From the NCBI RefSeq assembly GCF_002087085.1, contig NZ_MWQY01000018.1:62001-90897 (forward strand): a stretch of 28,897 bases of DNA. Reading direction: 5' to 3'. Each line of letters starts with the position of its first letter. The stretch's first letter is position 1. The notes under the pieces were generated by a model. The model saw only the letters and a program-made list of their open reading frames with translations. It had not been told where the DNA came from and did not search any database. The translations under genes and the position numbers were made by a program. Positions 1-9,100 of this stretch are shown here, piece by piece.

Positions 1-1078
1 CGGTATCGGGGGGCTCCTTATCCAGGGAGACAAGGGAACAGCCAAGACAACCGCAGTCAGGGGCCTTGCGGCCCTGCTGGAAGAATATAGACCCCTGCCC
101 AGGGAGGAGAGCCTGGTACTGGAGGGCGACATGCCCGGCAGTGTTCCCCTCCGGGGATCCATTCTGACGGAGCTTCCCTTGAACGCCACGGAAGACCGTA
201 TAACCGGCTCGATTCACCTGGAGAGTATCCTGAAAGAGGGCACCCGCCGCTTCGAACCGGGTCTTCTGGCCCAGGCCCACGGGGGAATCCTCTACGTTGA
301 CGAAGTCAATCTGCTGGAAAGCCATCTTGTGGATATCCTGCTGGATGCAGCTGCCACCGGTATCAACCGGGTGGAACGGGAGGGGATCTCCATAAGCCAC
401 CCCTCGCAGTTCATCCTGGTGGGTACCATGAACCCCGAAGAGGGGGACCTGCGACCCCAGTTTCTGGACCGCTTCGGGTTCACCATCTTCATAAGCGGCC
501 TCCATGATCTGGAGGAACGTAAGGAGATCGTCAGCCGACGTCTGGATTTTGACGCCGATCCCGAGGGCTTTTGCGACCGCTGGCTGGAAGACGATGCCCT
601 GACGGCAGAGATGCTCAGGAAAGCCCGCGAGAACCTTACGGACATAGAAGTACCCGAATCCTCCCGTCACCTTATCGCGGAGCTCTGCAGCCGTGCCGGG
701 GTCATGGGACACCGGGCGGACATTACCCTTACCAGGGGAGCCCGCGCCCTGGCGGCCCTGGTGGAGGCTCCCGCAGTTACCGGAAACCACGTAAAAGCCA
801 TGGCCCGCTTTGTACTCCCCCACCGGATTCCCCACTCCGGCGTTGAGGGCTTCAAGGACCTGGCGGACAGGACCGAGCAGCTTATCGGCGGTGCAGGCGG
901 CGGGGGAAGCGCGCAGGTCGAGACCGGCAGCTTTGTCCCCGGAGACGACGGTTCCCTGGATGATCCCTACGACAATACCGAGATCCCCGGAGGTGCCGCC
1001 GCGGGGAGCCTTGTTTTCGATCACTTTAAAAAAAAACGGCGGACGAGCCCCGGGATACCTCAGGGCTCACCGAAATAA
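1..1078 (+). CDS. Chelatase-type AAA+ ATPase (ChlI/BchI-like; N-terminal AAA part of a frameshifted ChlD-like gene), 5' end lies outside the window
   Basis: Frame is open from base 2 ([26 protein letters not shown] = chelatase Walker A), so the ATG at 131 is not the true start. Also [35 protein letters not shown] (Walker B), [19 protein letters not shown]. Gly/acidic tail, TAA at 1076-1078. Confidence 0.9.
   Translation, partial: GIGGLLIQGDKGTAKTTAVRGLAALLEEYRPLPREESLVLEGDMPGSVPLRGSILTELPLNATEDRITGSIHLESILKEGTRRFEPGLLAQAHGGILYVDEVNLLESHLVDILLDAAATGINRVEREGISISHPSQFILVGTMNPEEGDLRPQFLDRFGFTIFISGLHDLEERKEIVSRRLDFDADPEGFCDRWLEDDALTAEMLRKARENLTDIEVPESSRHLIAELCSRAGVMGHRADITLTRGARALAALVEAPAVTGNHVKAMARFVLPHRIPHSGVEGFKDLADRTEQLIGGAGGGGSAQVETGSFVPGDDGSLDDPYDNTEIPGGAAAGSLVFDHFKKKRRTSPGIPQGSPK
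1028..1072 (+). promoter_or_regulatory. Putative -1 frameshift / transcriptional slippage signal: A9 run plus downstream hairpin
   Basis: TTT AAA AAA AAA C (A9 at 1028-1036; A_AAA_AAA heptamer 1030-1036). GAGCCC 1045-1050 pairs with GGGCTC 1063-1068, starting 8 nt after the run. The -1 frame is open from 1030 to the VWA stop. Confidence 0.7.
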
Positions 1079-1875
1079 GCCTTCCTGAAAACCTGGAGGT
1101 CTTTCACGGTCGCTTTGCCGCCAAGGGACAGCGCATGGAAGAGAGCCCCCGTGGCCGGGGGCGCCAGGTACGGAGCCGGAAGGCCCGGGACCTGAAAGGG
1201 GGCATCGCCCTGCGGGATACCATCTACCGGGCGGCCCTGGAGGGGATCAGCGACGCGGCGGGAAAGCTGCATATCGGCCCTGAGTCCCTGCGCGAGGCGG
1301 TGCGGGTCGAGCCTTCGGGATTCACGGTCATCTTTACGGTGGATGCCTCGGACTCCATGGGTTCGGTTGAGCGCCTGGCCGCGGCCAAAGGAGCCGCCCT
1401 CTACCTCTTGAGCCAGGCCTATGTACGGCGCCTCAAGGTCGGCATGGTTGTCTTTCGGGGAGAATCGGCCTATACGGTCCTGGAACCCACCTCCAGCCTC
1501 TCCCTGGTTCGCCGGCAGCTGGCAGCTCTTTCCATCGGCGAAGCCACCCCCCTGGCGGCGGGACTGGTAAAAAGCCGGGAGCTTGCGCTGCAGGTTCTGG
1601 ACCGGGACGGTTCCGGCACGGCCCTTATCGCGGTCCTTACCGACGGGGAGGCCAACGTACCCCTCACCCGGGGCCGGATGACCCACGAGGAGCTCTACGA
1701 AATGGCGCCGTCCCTTGTTCATCCCCGCATCCGGTACCTCTTTCTCGACACATCCCCGGGAGAACCGGGGGCCCTTATCCGCCGCCTTGCAGCTCAGACG
1801 GGGGGACGATACCTGCACCTGAACACCGGAGAGAGCGGCGATCTGATCAAGGCCCTCAAAGGGCAGAAAGGCTGA
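1036..1875 (+). CDS. VWA domain of ChlD/BchD-type chelatase subunit (-1 frame extension of the upstream AAA ORF; first ATG at 1135)
   Basis: MIDAS motif [31 protein letters not shown] and LTDGEANV are typical of ChlD C-termini. The frame has no stop between the TAA at 1027-1029 and 1873. Confidence 0.85.
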   Translation, partial: TADEPRDTSGLTEISLPENLEVFHGRFAAKGQRMEESPRGRGRQVRSRKARDLKGGIALRDTIYRAALEGISDAAGKLHIGPESLREAVRVEPSGFTVIFTVDASDSMGSVERLAAAKGAALYLLSQAYVRRLKVGMVVFRGESAYTVLEPTSSLSLVRRQLAALSIGEATPLAAGLVKSRELALQVLDRDGSGTALIAVLTDGEANVPLTRGRMTHEELYEMAPSLVHPRIRYLFLDTSPGEPGALIRRLAAQTGGRYLHLNTGESGDLIKALKGQKG

Positions 1876-1939
1876 AAGTTTTCCCGGGAAAGCAGTGGCC
1901 GCCTTGTACCATCCGGCCCCGCCATGACAGAATGGGAGC

Positions 1940-2359
1940 ATGGACCAGGAACTGCTGCGACAATGGATACTCGAACACGGAGAGGAGCGCTTCGCCCGCT
2001 CCGGCGGACCCGGGGGCCAGAACGTCAACAAGCTCAACACCAAGGTGCAGCTTAGAATTCCCCTCGATCAGCTTCCCGGACTGACGGAGGCGGAGATCTC
2101 CCGCCTCAGGGAGAGACTGCAGGGGCGAATCGACTCATCCGGGGAGCTCCTGGTACAGGCCCAGGAGAGTCGAAGCCAGATCCGGAACCGGGAGACCGCG
2201 GTGGAGCGGGCTCTTTCCCTGATCAGCGGAGCGCTGGTGGTCCGCAAGTCCCGGAAAGCCACCCGTCCCAGCTTTTCCGCCAGGGCCAGGCGGGTGGATA
2301 ACAAAAAGGCCCGGGGTGCGATAAAGCGACACCGCCGCCCCCCGAAGATGGACGAATAG
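1940..2359 (+). CDS. arfB: Alternative ribosome rescue factor B (peptidyl-tRNA hydrolase, YaeJ)
   Basis: FARSGGPGGQNVNKLNTKVQLR (GGQ motif), QESRSQIRNR and a basic C-terminal tail (RKATRPS...KKARGAIKRHR); 139 aa; GGGAG upstream. Confidence 0.93.
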   Translation: MDQELLRQWILEHGEERFARSGGPGGQNVNKLNTKVQLRIPLDQLPGLTEAEISRLRERLQGRIDSSGELLVQAQESRSQIRNRETAVERALSLISGALVVRKSRKATRPSFSARARRVDNKKARGAIKRHRRPPKMDE

Positions 2360-2444
2360 GGCAGCGCTAAAAACGTGGCATTTTTGTCCTGGGAAATCCC
2401 GACAACGCTGCATAGGGCAAAAAGAGTAGTTTTTAGAGGTGCCC
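2359..2444. mobile_element. 86-bp MITE-like element with 16-bp terminal inverted repeats and 4-bp flanking direct repeat
   Basis: GGGCAGCGCTAAAAAC (2359-2374) vs GTTTTTAGAGGTGCCC (2429-2444), 14/16 complementary. AATA on both sides (2355-2358, 2445-2448). Inner IR TTTTTGTCCT (2381-2390) / AGGGCAAAAA (2414-2423). Confidence 0.65.
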
Positions 2445-2476
2445 AATAATTAATACGAATTTACCGGTATGACCCT

Positions 2477-2529
2477 TTAACAAGTTCTCGTCTTTTTGTA
2501 TGATTTGAGTTAACGAACGTTCGGTTACT
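2477..2529 (+). promoter_or_regulatory. Putative sigma70 promoter and TetR-type operator of the efflux operon
   Basis: TTAACA (2477-2482), 16 bp, TATGAT (2499-2504), followed by imperfect palindrome AGTTAACGAACGTTCGGTTACT (2508-2529) with perfect core CGAACGTTCG (2514-2523). Confidence 0.55.
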
Positions 2530-2588
2530 TGTTTTGATCAACTTTCTGACAACAGACAGATCAGAAAAGAAAAAGTGCAGCGATTAGA

Positions 2589-3806
2589 ATGGAAAAAACA
2601 AAAATCCTGTCCGGCGCCTTTACCGTATGGCAGAAAAGCATGTTTACCCGCACCAGTCTCACACCTCTGGCGAGGGAACTGGGGGTAAGCAAAGCGGCCA
2701 TCTACCGGTATTTTCCCGGAAAAGACAGCATAATCGACACCATGGAAGAGTATTTCGCCGGGAAATACCGCGAGAATACTCCCCGGATGCTTGAGGTCCT
2801 GGAAGCAAAATGCCTGAAAGAGGGCATTGAGGGCTATACCCGGGAGCTGATTGCCTTTCTTTCGGGAAATCCGGGCTTTATCCGCTTCTTTATTTCGCGC
2901 CTCTATCACCAGTACCGTCGGGAAACCCTGCCGTTCTGGCCGATTATCGAAAAGGAGGCCCTGCTTCTGCAGGAGCGATTTATCGCGACGGGATTTGAAA
3001 AAGAGGAAAGCGCCCTGTGCGTCCGGTACTTCTACACCCACGTTCTAAGCTGGGCCCATCTGCTCACCGGAAACGGCCTGAACGAGACCGAGGTCTACGG
3101 TTACGTATCGGTAATCGCAACCTCCTTTTTTGAAGGATTCGCTCCCCCCGGTCTTCCGGAGGTCCCCTATAAAACAGTGGAAAAGGAGATCCGGGTTCTC
3201 CCCGAGGCCTTCCCGGAGGAGAACAGGATAATAAACTCCCTCCTGGCGGTGGTGGCAAAAGAAGGAATCGAAGGGGCAAGCATCAGCAGGATAGCCGAGG
3301 AGGCGGGATACTCAAAAAGCACCCTCTATTCCTACTTCAAGAACAAGAACTCCATGATCCTCAGCATTCTCAAAAACCACGCCGAGGCTGTTGACCGCCT
3401 GTACACGCGCTTCTGCAGCGGGGAATATCCGGTAAACGAGACCATCTACCGTCTGATTCTGCTCATCTCACGATATCTTTGCCAGACCCCATCCTTTCTG
3501 GTTACCTTGAACTGGCTGCGTTTCCAGAGCCCCCGGTCCGGAAATAATAGTAAAGGGGGAATGGAGAGTCTGCAGGACCGGCTTCCCCGCTTTGTACAGG
3601 TCATGAAAAACAGGGAGTGCCGCAGTTTCGGCCTTGCACCGGAAAGACTGATGGGGATTCTATGGTTTCAGCTGATCCGGGAGATCATGGACCTCTATGG
3701 AAATTCAGCCCCCGGATCCACACCGCAGGAGAAAACAGTACCCCTGCGCACACTCCAGATACTGTTCTGCGAAGGTCTGGAAGGAATAGAAAGGAGACAT
3801 CAATGA
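2589..3806 (+). CDS. TetR/AcrR-family regulator with two tandem TetR modules
   Basis: HTH1 SLTPLARELGVSKAAIYRYFPGKDSI; HTH2 ASISRIAEEAGYSKSTLYSYFKNKNSMI; 405 aa, about twice a normal TetR. Confidence 0.85.
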   Translation: MEKTKILSGAFTVWQKSMFTRTSLTPLARELGVSKAAIYRYFPGKDSIIDTMEEYFAGKYRENTPRMLEVLEAKCLKEGIEGYTRELIAFLSGNPGFIRFFISRLYHQYRRETLPFWPIIEKEALLLQERFIATGFEKEESALCVRYFYTHVLSWAHLLTGNGLNETEVYGYVSVIATSFFEGFAPPGLPEVPYKTVEKEIRVLPEAFPEENRIINSLLAVVAKEGIEGASISRIAEEAGYSKSTLYSYFKNKNSMILSILKNHAEAVDRLYTRFCSGEYPVNETIYRLILLISRYLCQTPSFLVTLNWLRFQSPRSGNNSKGGMESLQDRLPRFVQVMKNRECRSFGLAPERLMGILWFQLIREIMDLYGNSAPGSTPQEKTVPLRTLQILFCEGLEGIERRHQ

Positions 3807-5191
3807 AAAAGCCCTGCATCCTGGCGGCGTTTACCCTGTTACTTCTGTTTTCAGCACAACTCAGCGCCCAGCTTATGCCGGAAAACCGTAAAGACCTTGA
3901 CTCCATGATCGGCGAGGAGCTTATGCTCCCGGAAGCCCGGGACTACACCCTAACCGTGGACCAGGCGGTGGAGCTTGCAATGGAGAACAACCTGGGACTC
4001 ATCAGAGAAAAGGCGGGATTAAAAACCACCAGACGCAGCCGCGACACCGCCTGGAACGTTCTGATACCATCGGCGGACGTATCTTCGACCCTGCGGCGCT
4101 TCAGCGAAGCATCGGGCATACCCCCGGCGGAAACCTACGGGAGCCTGGGCGCCAGGCTGAACTTTTCCCTTACCCTCACCCCTCAGCTCTGGTACGCCTT
4201 CCGTAAAACGGTAATCGACTACGACCGGGGACTGATGGACCTGGAGCAGACCAGGCAGGATCTGACGGTCAACATCAAAAAGCAGTTCTACGCCCTGCTG
4301 ACCCAGCAGGAGAACATAAAGATCCTTGAACAGCAGCAGAGGTCTCTGGAAAAACGCTACCGGCAGGCGGACACCAACTACAACTTCGGACTGGTGGATG
4401 AGTATACCCGCCTCAGCGCCCTGGTGGCCCTGGAGAACTTCAAACCCCAGGTGGAGATCGCCCGGGACGGGTACGAACAATCCCTCCTGGGTTTCAAACT
4501 CAGCCTGGGAGTCAACCTTGATTCAGGACTCACCCTGGACGGGCGCATCGAAGCGGAACCCCGCACCTATGATCCGGATACCCTGATTGGCAGGTACATT
4601 CTGGACCGACTGGACATCCGCTCCCTGGTAACAGAGATCCATGGAATTGAAAACACCCGAAAGCTCGCCTCTTCGGGATATCTGCCCAGACTGACCTTCG
4701 GATACAGCCTGGACAACTCCTTCAACCTGGACCCCTGGTCGGACCTCTCCTTCGCCGGGGACGACTGGAGCGACAGCCGGACCTTCTCGATGACCCTCTC
4801 CATGTCCCTGAGCGAACTGCTGCCGGTTTCCGGAACAACCAACGATGTCAGGGCGGCGGATGACGGCCGGGAAGCCCTGCGGGCGGGCCTGGCCCAGGCC
4901 CTGCAGGCCGCGGAGGTGGAAATAATCACAACGGTGCAGACCATCAATAAATCGGTCCAGATGATAAAGGCCAAGGAACTAAACGTGGAACTGGCCCAGC
5001 GGGCGTATAACCTGGCGGAAGAGGCCTACAATGCCGGAGGAAAATCCCTGCTGGACGTGGAGGATGCGGAAGACAAACTGCAGGAGGCCCGTTTTGAGCT
5101 TCTGCGGGAAAAGGTCAACTACATAAATGGAATCATCGACCTGGAAGCCGCGGTCAACCGCGGTATCAGCGAAATCGAGACTGCAGAATAA
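3803..5191 (+). CDS. TolC-family outer-membrane efflux protein
   Basis: Start moved to ATG 3803 (AGGAG SD, ATGA overlap with TetR stop, signal peptide MKKPCILAAFTLLLLFSAQLSA). LTVDQAVELAMENN and AEEAYNAGGKSLLDVEDAE are OEP motifs. Confidence 0.88.
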   Translation: MKKPCILAAFTLLLLFSAQLSAQLMPENRKDLDSMIGEELMLPEARDYTLTVDQAVELAMENNLGLIREKAGLKTTRRSRDTAWNVLIPSADVSSTLRRFSEASGIPPAETYGSLGARLNFSLTLTPQLWYAFRKTVIDYDRGLMDLEQTRQDLTVNIKKQFYALLTQQENIKILEQQQRSLEKRYRQADTNYNFGLVDEYTRLSALVALENFKPQVEIARDGYEQSLLGFKLSLGVNLDSGLTLDGRIEAEPRTYDPDTLIGRYILDRLDIRSLVTEIHGIENTRKLASSGYLPRLTFGYSLDNSFNLDPWSDLSFAGDDWSDSRTFSMTLSMSLSELLPVSGTTNDVRAADDGREALRAGLAQALQAAEVEIITTVQTINKSVQMIKAKELNVELAQRAYNLAEEAYNAGGKSLLDVEDAEDKLQEARFELLREKVNYINGIIDLEAAVNRGISEIETAE

Positions 5192-5224
5192 CAGACTGAA
5201 AAAGAACAGAGAAAGGAAAAAACC

Positions 5225-6163
5225 ATGAATAGAAAAAGATACATCCCCACAGGCGGATTAATTGCCCTGATAATTCTCCTTCTCCTTGCATCCTGTCAGG
5301 GAAAAGGTCCCGGTGCACAGGGAGCTGCGGAAGAGGAGGAGACCCTCTTTGCCGTCAACGTAACGAAGGCGGTCCAGGGTCAGCTCTACGACTACCTTGA
5401 GGTCAACGGCGACATAGTGGCCCAGTCCAGCGTGGATATTTATGCCGACACCAGCGGAAAGCTCTTCCGGCTGAATGTGGCCGTGGGAGACTACGTGTAC
5501 AAAGACCAGGTAATCGCCGAGGTGGACCCCTCCCGTCCCGGACAGACCTTCGCAACCAGCCCGGTAAAGAGCCCCATTTCCGGAACAATCACCCGGGTCC
5601 CCTCGGATATCGGCGCCTCCATAAGCACGGCTGTTCCGGTAGCTACGGTGAGCAAGGTGGACAGCCTGGAGATTAAAACCGGCGTTGCCGAACGCTATAT
5701 AGCCCGGGTCCGAAAGGGGCAGGAAGCCCTGGTCGAGCTCGAGGCCTACCCGCAGCAGCGCTTCAAAGCCTTCGTAAGCGAGGTGAGCCCGGTGGTGGAC
5801 CCTGTAACACGAACCCTTGCCGTTACCCTGGCTTTCCGTGATCAGGACCGCCGCATAAAAGCCGGCATGTTCGCCAAGGCGAAGATCATCGTCGAAAACA
5901 GGCAGAACGTAATAAAGATTCCCGCTGAATGCATGATTCAGCGCCAGGAGGGCAACACCGTTTTCGTCGTCACTGCTGAGTCAAGGGTCGAAGCGCGGCG
6001 GATTGTACCGGGCATTCTGATCGACCAGAAACTCGAAGTAGTGGAAGGTTTACGAGCCGGAGAAACCGTGGTTATCCGCGGACAGACCCTGCTTGAGGAT
6101 CAGGCAAAGGTTCGTATCATCGACGAGATTCCCGGTCTGGAAGAGGCTGACAGCATTCTTTAA
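5225..6163 (+). CDS. RND efflux periplasmic adaptor (MFP), lipoprotein, lacking the alpha-hairpin
   Basis: Lipobox-like LLLASC; lipoyl halves SGKLFRLNVAVGDYV and VKSPISGTI; VSPVVDPVTRT; IKAGMFA; GLRAGETVVIRGQ. Confidence 0.9.
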   Translation: MNRKRYIPTGGLIALIILLLLASCQGKGPGAQGAAEEEETLFAVNVTKAVQGQLYDYLEVNGDIVAQSSVDIYADTSGKLFRLNVAVGDYVYKDQVIAEVDPSRPGQTFATSPVKSPISGTITRVPSDIGASISTAVPVATVSKVDSLEIKTGVAERYIARVRKGQEALVELEAYPQQRFKAFVSEVSPVVDPVTRTLAVTLAFRDQDRRIKAGMFAKAKIIVENRQNVIKIPAECMIQRQEGNTVFVVTAESRVEARRIVPGILIDQKLEVVEGLRAGETVVIRGQTLLEDQAKVRIIDEIPGLEEADSIL

Positions 6164-6190
6164 GCCCGGACACACAGAAAGGATTATCCT

Positions 6191-9100
6191 ATGAGCATAA
6201 CAAAAACCGTGGTCGGCCGCCCCACAACGACGGCCATCATATTCGTACTGCTGATCGCCCTGGGTTTCTACGCCATAAGCGATCTGGCCATCGACCTCTA
6301 CCCGGACATAGAACCCCCGGTGCTTCTGCTCTTTACCGACTACAGCGGAGCCGGCCCGGAGGAGGTGGAAAAGCGGATAACCCGTCCCCTTGAAGGGGGA
6401 TTGAGCAACGTGGGCAACATAGAAGAGATAACCTCCACCTCCGCGGAGGGGAACAGCATGATCCAGATCGAGTTTACCTGGGGCACCGATATGGCGGAGG
6501 CCGCCAACGATGTCCGGGACAAACTGGAGTTCGTAAAGGACATGCTTCCCGAGGAGGCCTCGACGCCCCAGATATTCAAGTTCGATCCCTCCATGATTCC
6601 CATCATGTACCTGAATGTGAGCGGGAACAGAAGTCCCGAAGACCTGCGGGAAATCGCGGAAAAGATCATCCAGCCCCGGCTCGAGCAGGTCGAGGGGGTA
6701 GCCCTGGTCAGTGTGGCGGGGGGACGGCAGCGTATAATCCGGGTCGAGGTTCCCCAGAACCGCCTGGAGGCCTACAACCTTACCCTGACCCAGATTCAGG
6801 GAATGCTGCAGCAGCAGAACGTCTCCCTTTCCGGCGGTTCCGTGGGGGAGGGAAACATCAACTATCTTGTCAGTACCGCCGGGGATTTTCAGTCCATCAA
6901 GCAGATCAGGGATTCGGTTATCGCCTATAAAGCGAAAAGCTCGGGTGCAGCTGCTGCCGCCGGATACAGCCCCACCCAGACAATACGTCTGGGGGACCTC
7001 GCCAATGTCTACGACGGATATGCCGATGAAACCAACGCCATCTTTATCAACGGAAAAGACGGGGTTTTTCTCACCGTTCAGAAACAGAGCGGAACCAACT
7101 CCGTACGGACCGCAGACAACGTGCTTGAGCGGATAAGGCGCATCAATACCGAGCTGCCCGCGGGGGTACAGATGGCGGTAATCTATGACACAACCAAGAT
7201 AATCCGGGCGTCCCTGCAGCAGGTTTCCAGTTCCGCCATAACCGGCGGTATTCTGGCCGTGGTGATTCTTCTCCTCTTTCTGCGGAGCTTTCGCACCACC
7301 CTGATTATCGGCCTGACCATTCCCATATCCTTTGTCATTACCCTGATGCTCATGTATTTTGCCGGTCTGACCCTGAACATCATGACCCTGTCCGGACTTG
7401 CCCTGGGTATCGGCATGCTGGTGGACAACTCCATTGTCATCCTGGAGAACATCTTCCGCTATCGGGAGAAGGGCGCAAAGCTCAAGACCTCCGCGGTAAT
7501 CGGAACCCGGGAGATGATCAACGCAATCGTCGCCTCCACCCTGACGACAATCTGCGTCTTTGCGCCCCTGGCGATCTTCAAGTCCCAGCTGGCAATGATC
7601 GGGGAACTTTTTGCCGGACTCTCCTTCACGGTTGTTATTTCACTGCTCTCTTCCCTGGCTGTGGCCATGTTCCTGGTACCGGTGCTCTCCAGCCACTACC
7701 TCCCCATCAGGTCAAATCTGCAGCGTCCCAGAAAAGGTCTCTCCAAGAGAATCGATGATTTTCTTGGCGGCTTTTTCAACGCCCTGGACGAGCTCTACAA
7801 GCGAAGCCTGGCCAGGGTGCTGCGGCATAAGCTGCTGACCATACTCCTGGTTGTGCTGATTTTTGCCGGGAGTCTTTCTCTTCTTACGATAGCAAGCTAT
7901 GAGTTCATGCCCGAAATGGACGATGACTTTATCGAGCTCAGCGTCGAGTTGCCCCTGGGAACGAGGCTGGAGTTAACCAAGGATGTTATGCGCCAGCTCG
8001 AAAGCATCGCCCGGGACGAAATCCAGGCCTATTCCAGTCTGATCGTCTCGGCGGGAGAACGGAGTTTCTTTGGATTTCTCGGAAGCCTGCAGACCCACAA
8101 GGGGACCCTGAGCATAACCCTTCCGCCCTACCAGGAGCGGGTGGAAACCTCCACCCAGGTGGAACAGATACTCCGCTCCCATTTTAACGAGTTCCCTTCG
8201 GCGGTCTTCGAGTTCACCGCCGGCGGACCGGGAGGCGGCGGTACCCCCATCGATGTTCTGGTCAAAACCGACGACATGGAGCTGGGCAGGGAAACCGCCT
8301 ACCGGATACGGGACCTCATGAAAGAGGAGATCCCGGAGATTACCGAACCGGTGGTATCCCTCCAGGAAGGGCTGCCGGAACTGGACATCGTGATCGACCG
8401 CGACCGGGCCTACGAACTGGGTCTTACCATGGCGGCCATCGGTCAGGAGATCCGGGCCAACGTGGAGGGGGTTACGGCATCCCGCTACAACGACGAAGGC
8501 AACGAATACGATATCCTGCTTATCCTGCCGGAGGAGGACCGCAACGAAATACCGGACCTGGAAAAGATCTTTGTGGTCAACTCCGCCGGACAGCACATAC
8601 CCCTGGCAAGTTTCGCTTCCACCACAAAGACCACCGGACCGGTCAGCATTAACAGGGAAAACCAGACCAGGACCATTCACGTGCAGGGGGGTCTGGCACC
8701 GGGGGCAAAGCTGCAGGAGGTGGAACTCGGGCTCAGGAGGCTTATTGCCGACAGGATACCGGTAAACGAAAACGTCGTGCTGGAGTACTCCGGAGATTAC
8801 GCGGAGCTGATGGAATACGGAATGAAATTCGTGGTCATCCTGATCATCTCCATTCTGCTGGTTTTTGGAGTCATGGCGAGCCAGTTTGAATCCTTTCTGG
8901 ATCCCTTTATCATCTTTTTTACCATCCCCCTGGTACTGGTGGGGGTCATTCTCATATACATCCTGACCGGACAAAGCTTCAGTATCTTTACCGCCGTGGG
9001 ACTGGTCATGCTGGTGGGAATCGTCGTCAACAACGGGATCGTCCTTGTGGACTACACCAACCTGCTTCGAAAGCGCGGAATGTCCATAACGGAGGCCTGT

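Noticed and set aside
131..133. ATG 131 as start of the AAA ATPase
   Set aside because: The frame is open to the window edge and the Walker A motif is encoded upstream of 131.
1003..1008. GGGGAG as an internal SD stimulating the -1 frameshift
   Set aside because: About 21 nt from the heptamer, beyond the usual 10-14 nt spacing.
1060..2043. 327-aa minus-strand ORF
   Set aside because: Antisense shadow of the VWA and arfB genes with no recognisable motifs.
3617..3802. N-terminal extension of the TolC ORF
   Set aside because: Overlaps the TetR gene; SD, ATGA coupling and signal peptide point to 3803.
7973..8974. 333-aa minus-strand ORF
   Set aside because: Antisense shadow of the RND gene in GC-rich DNA.
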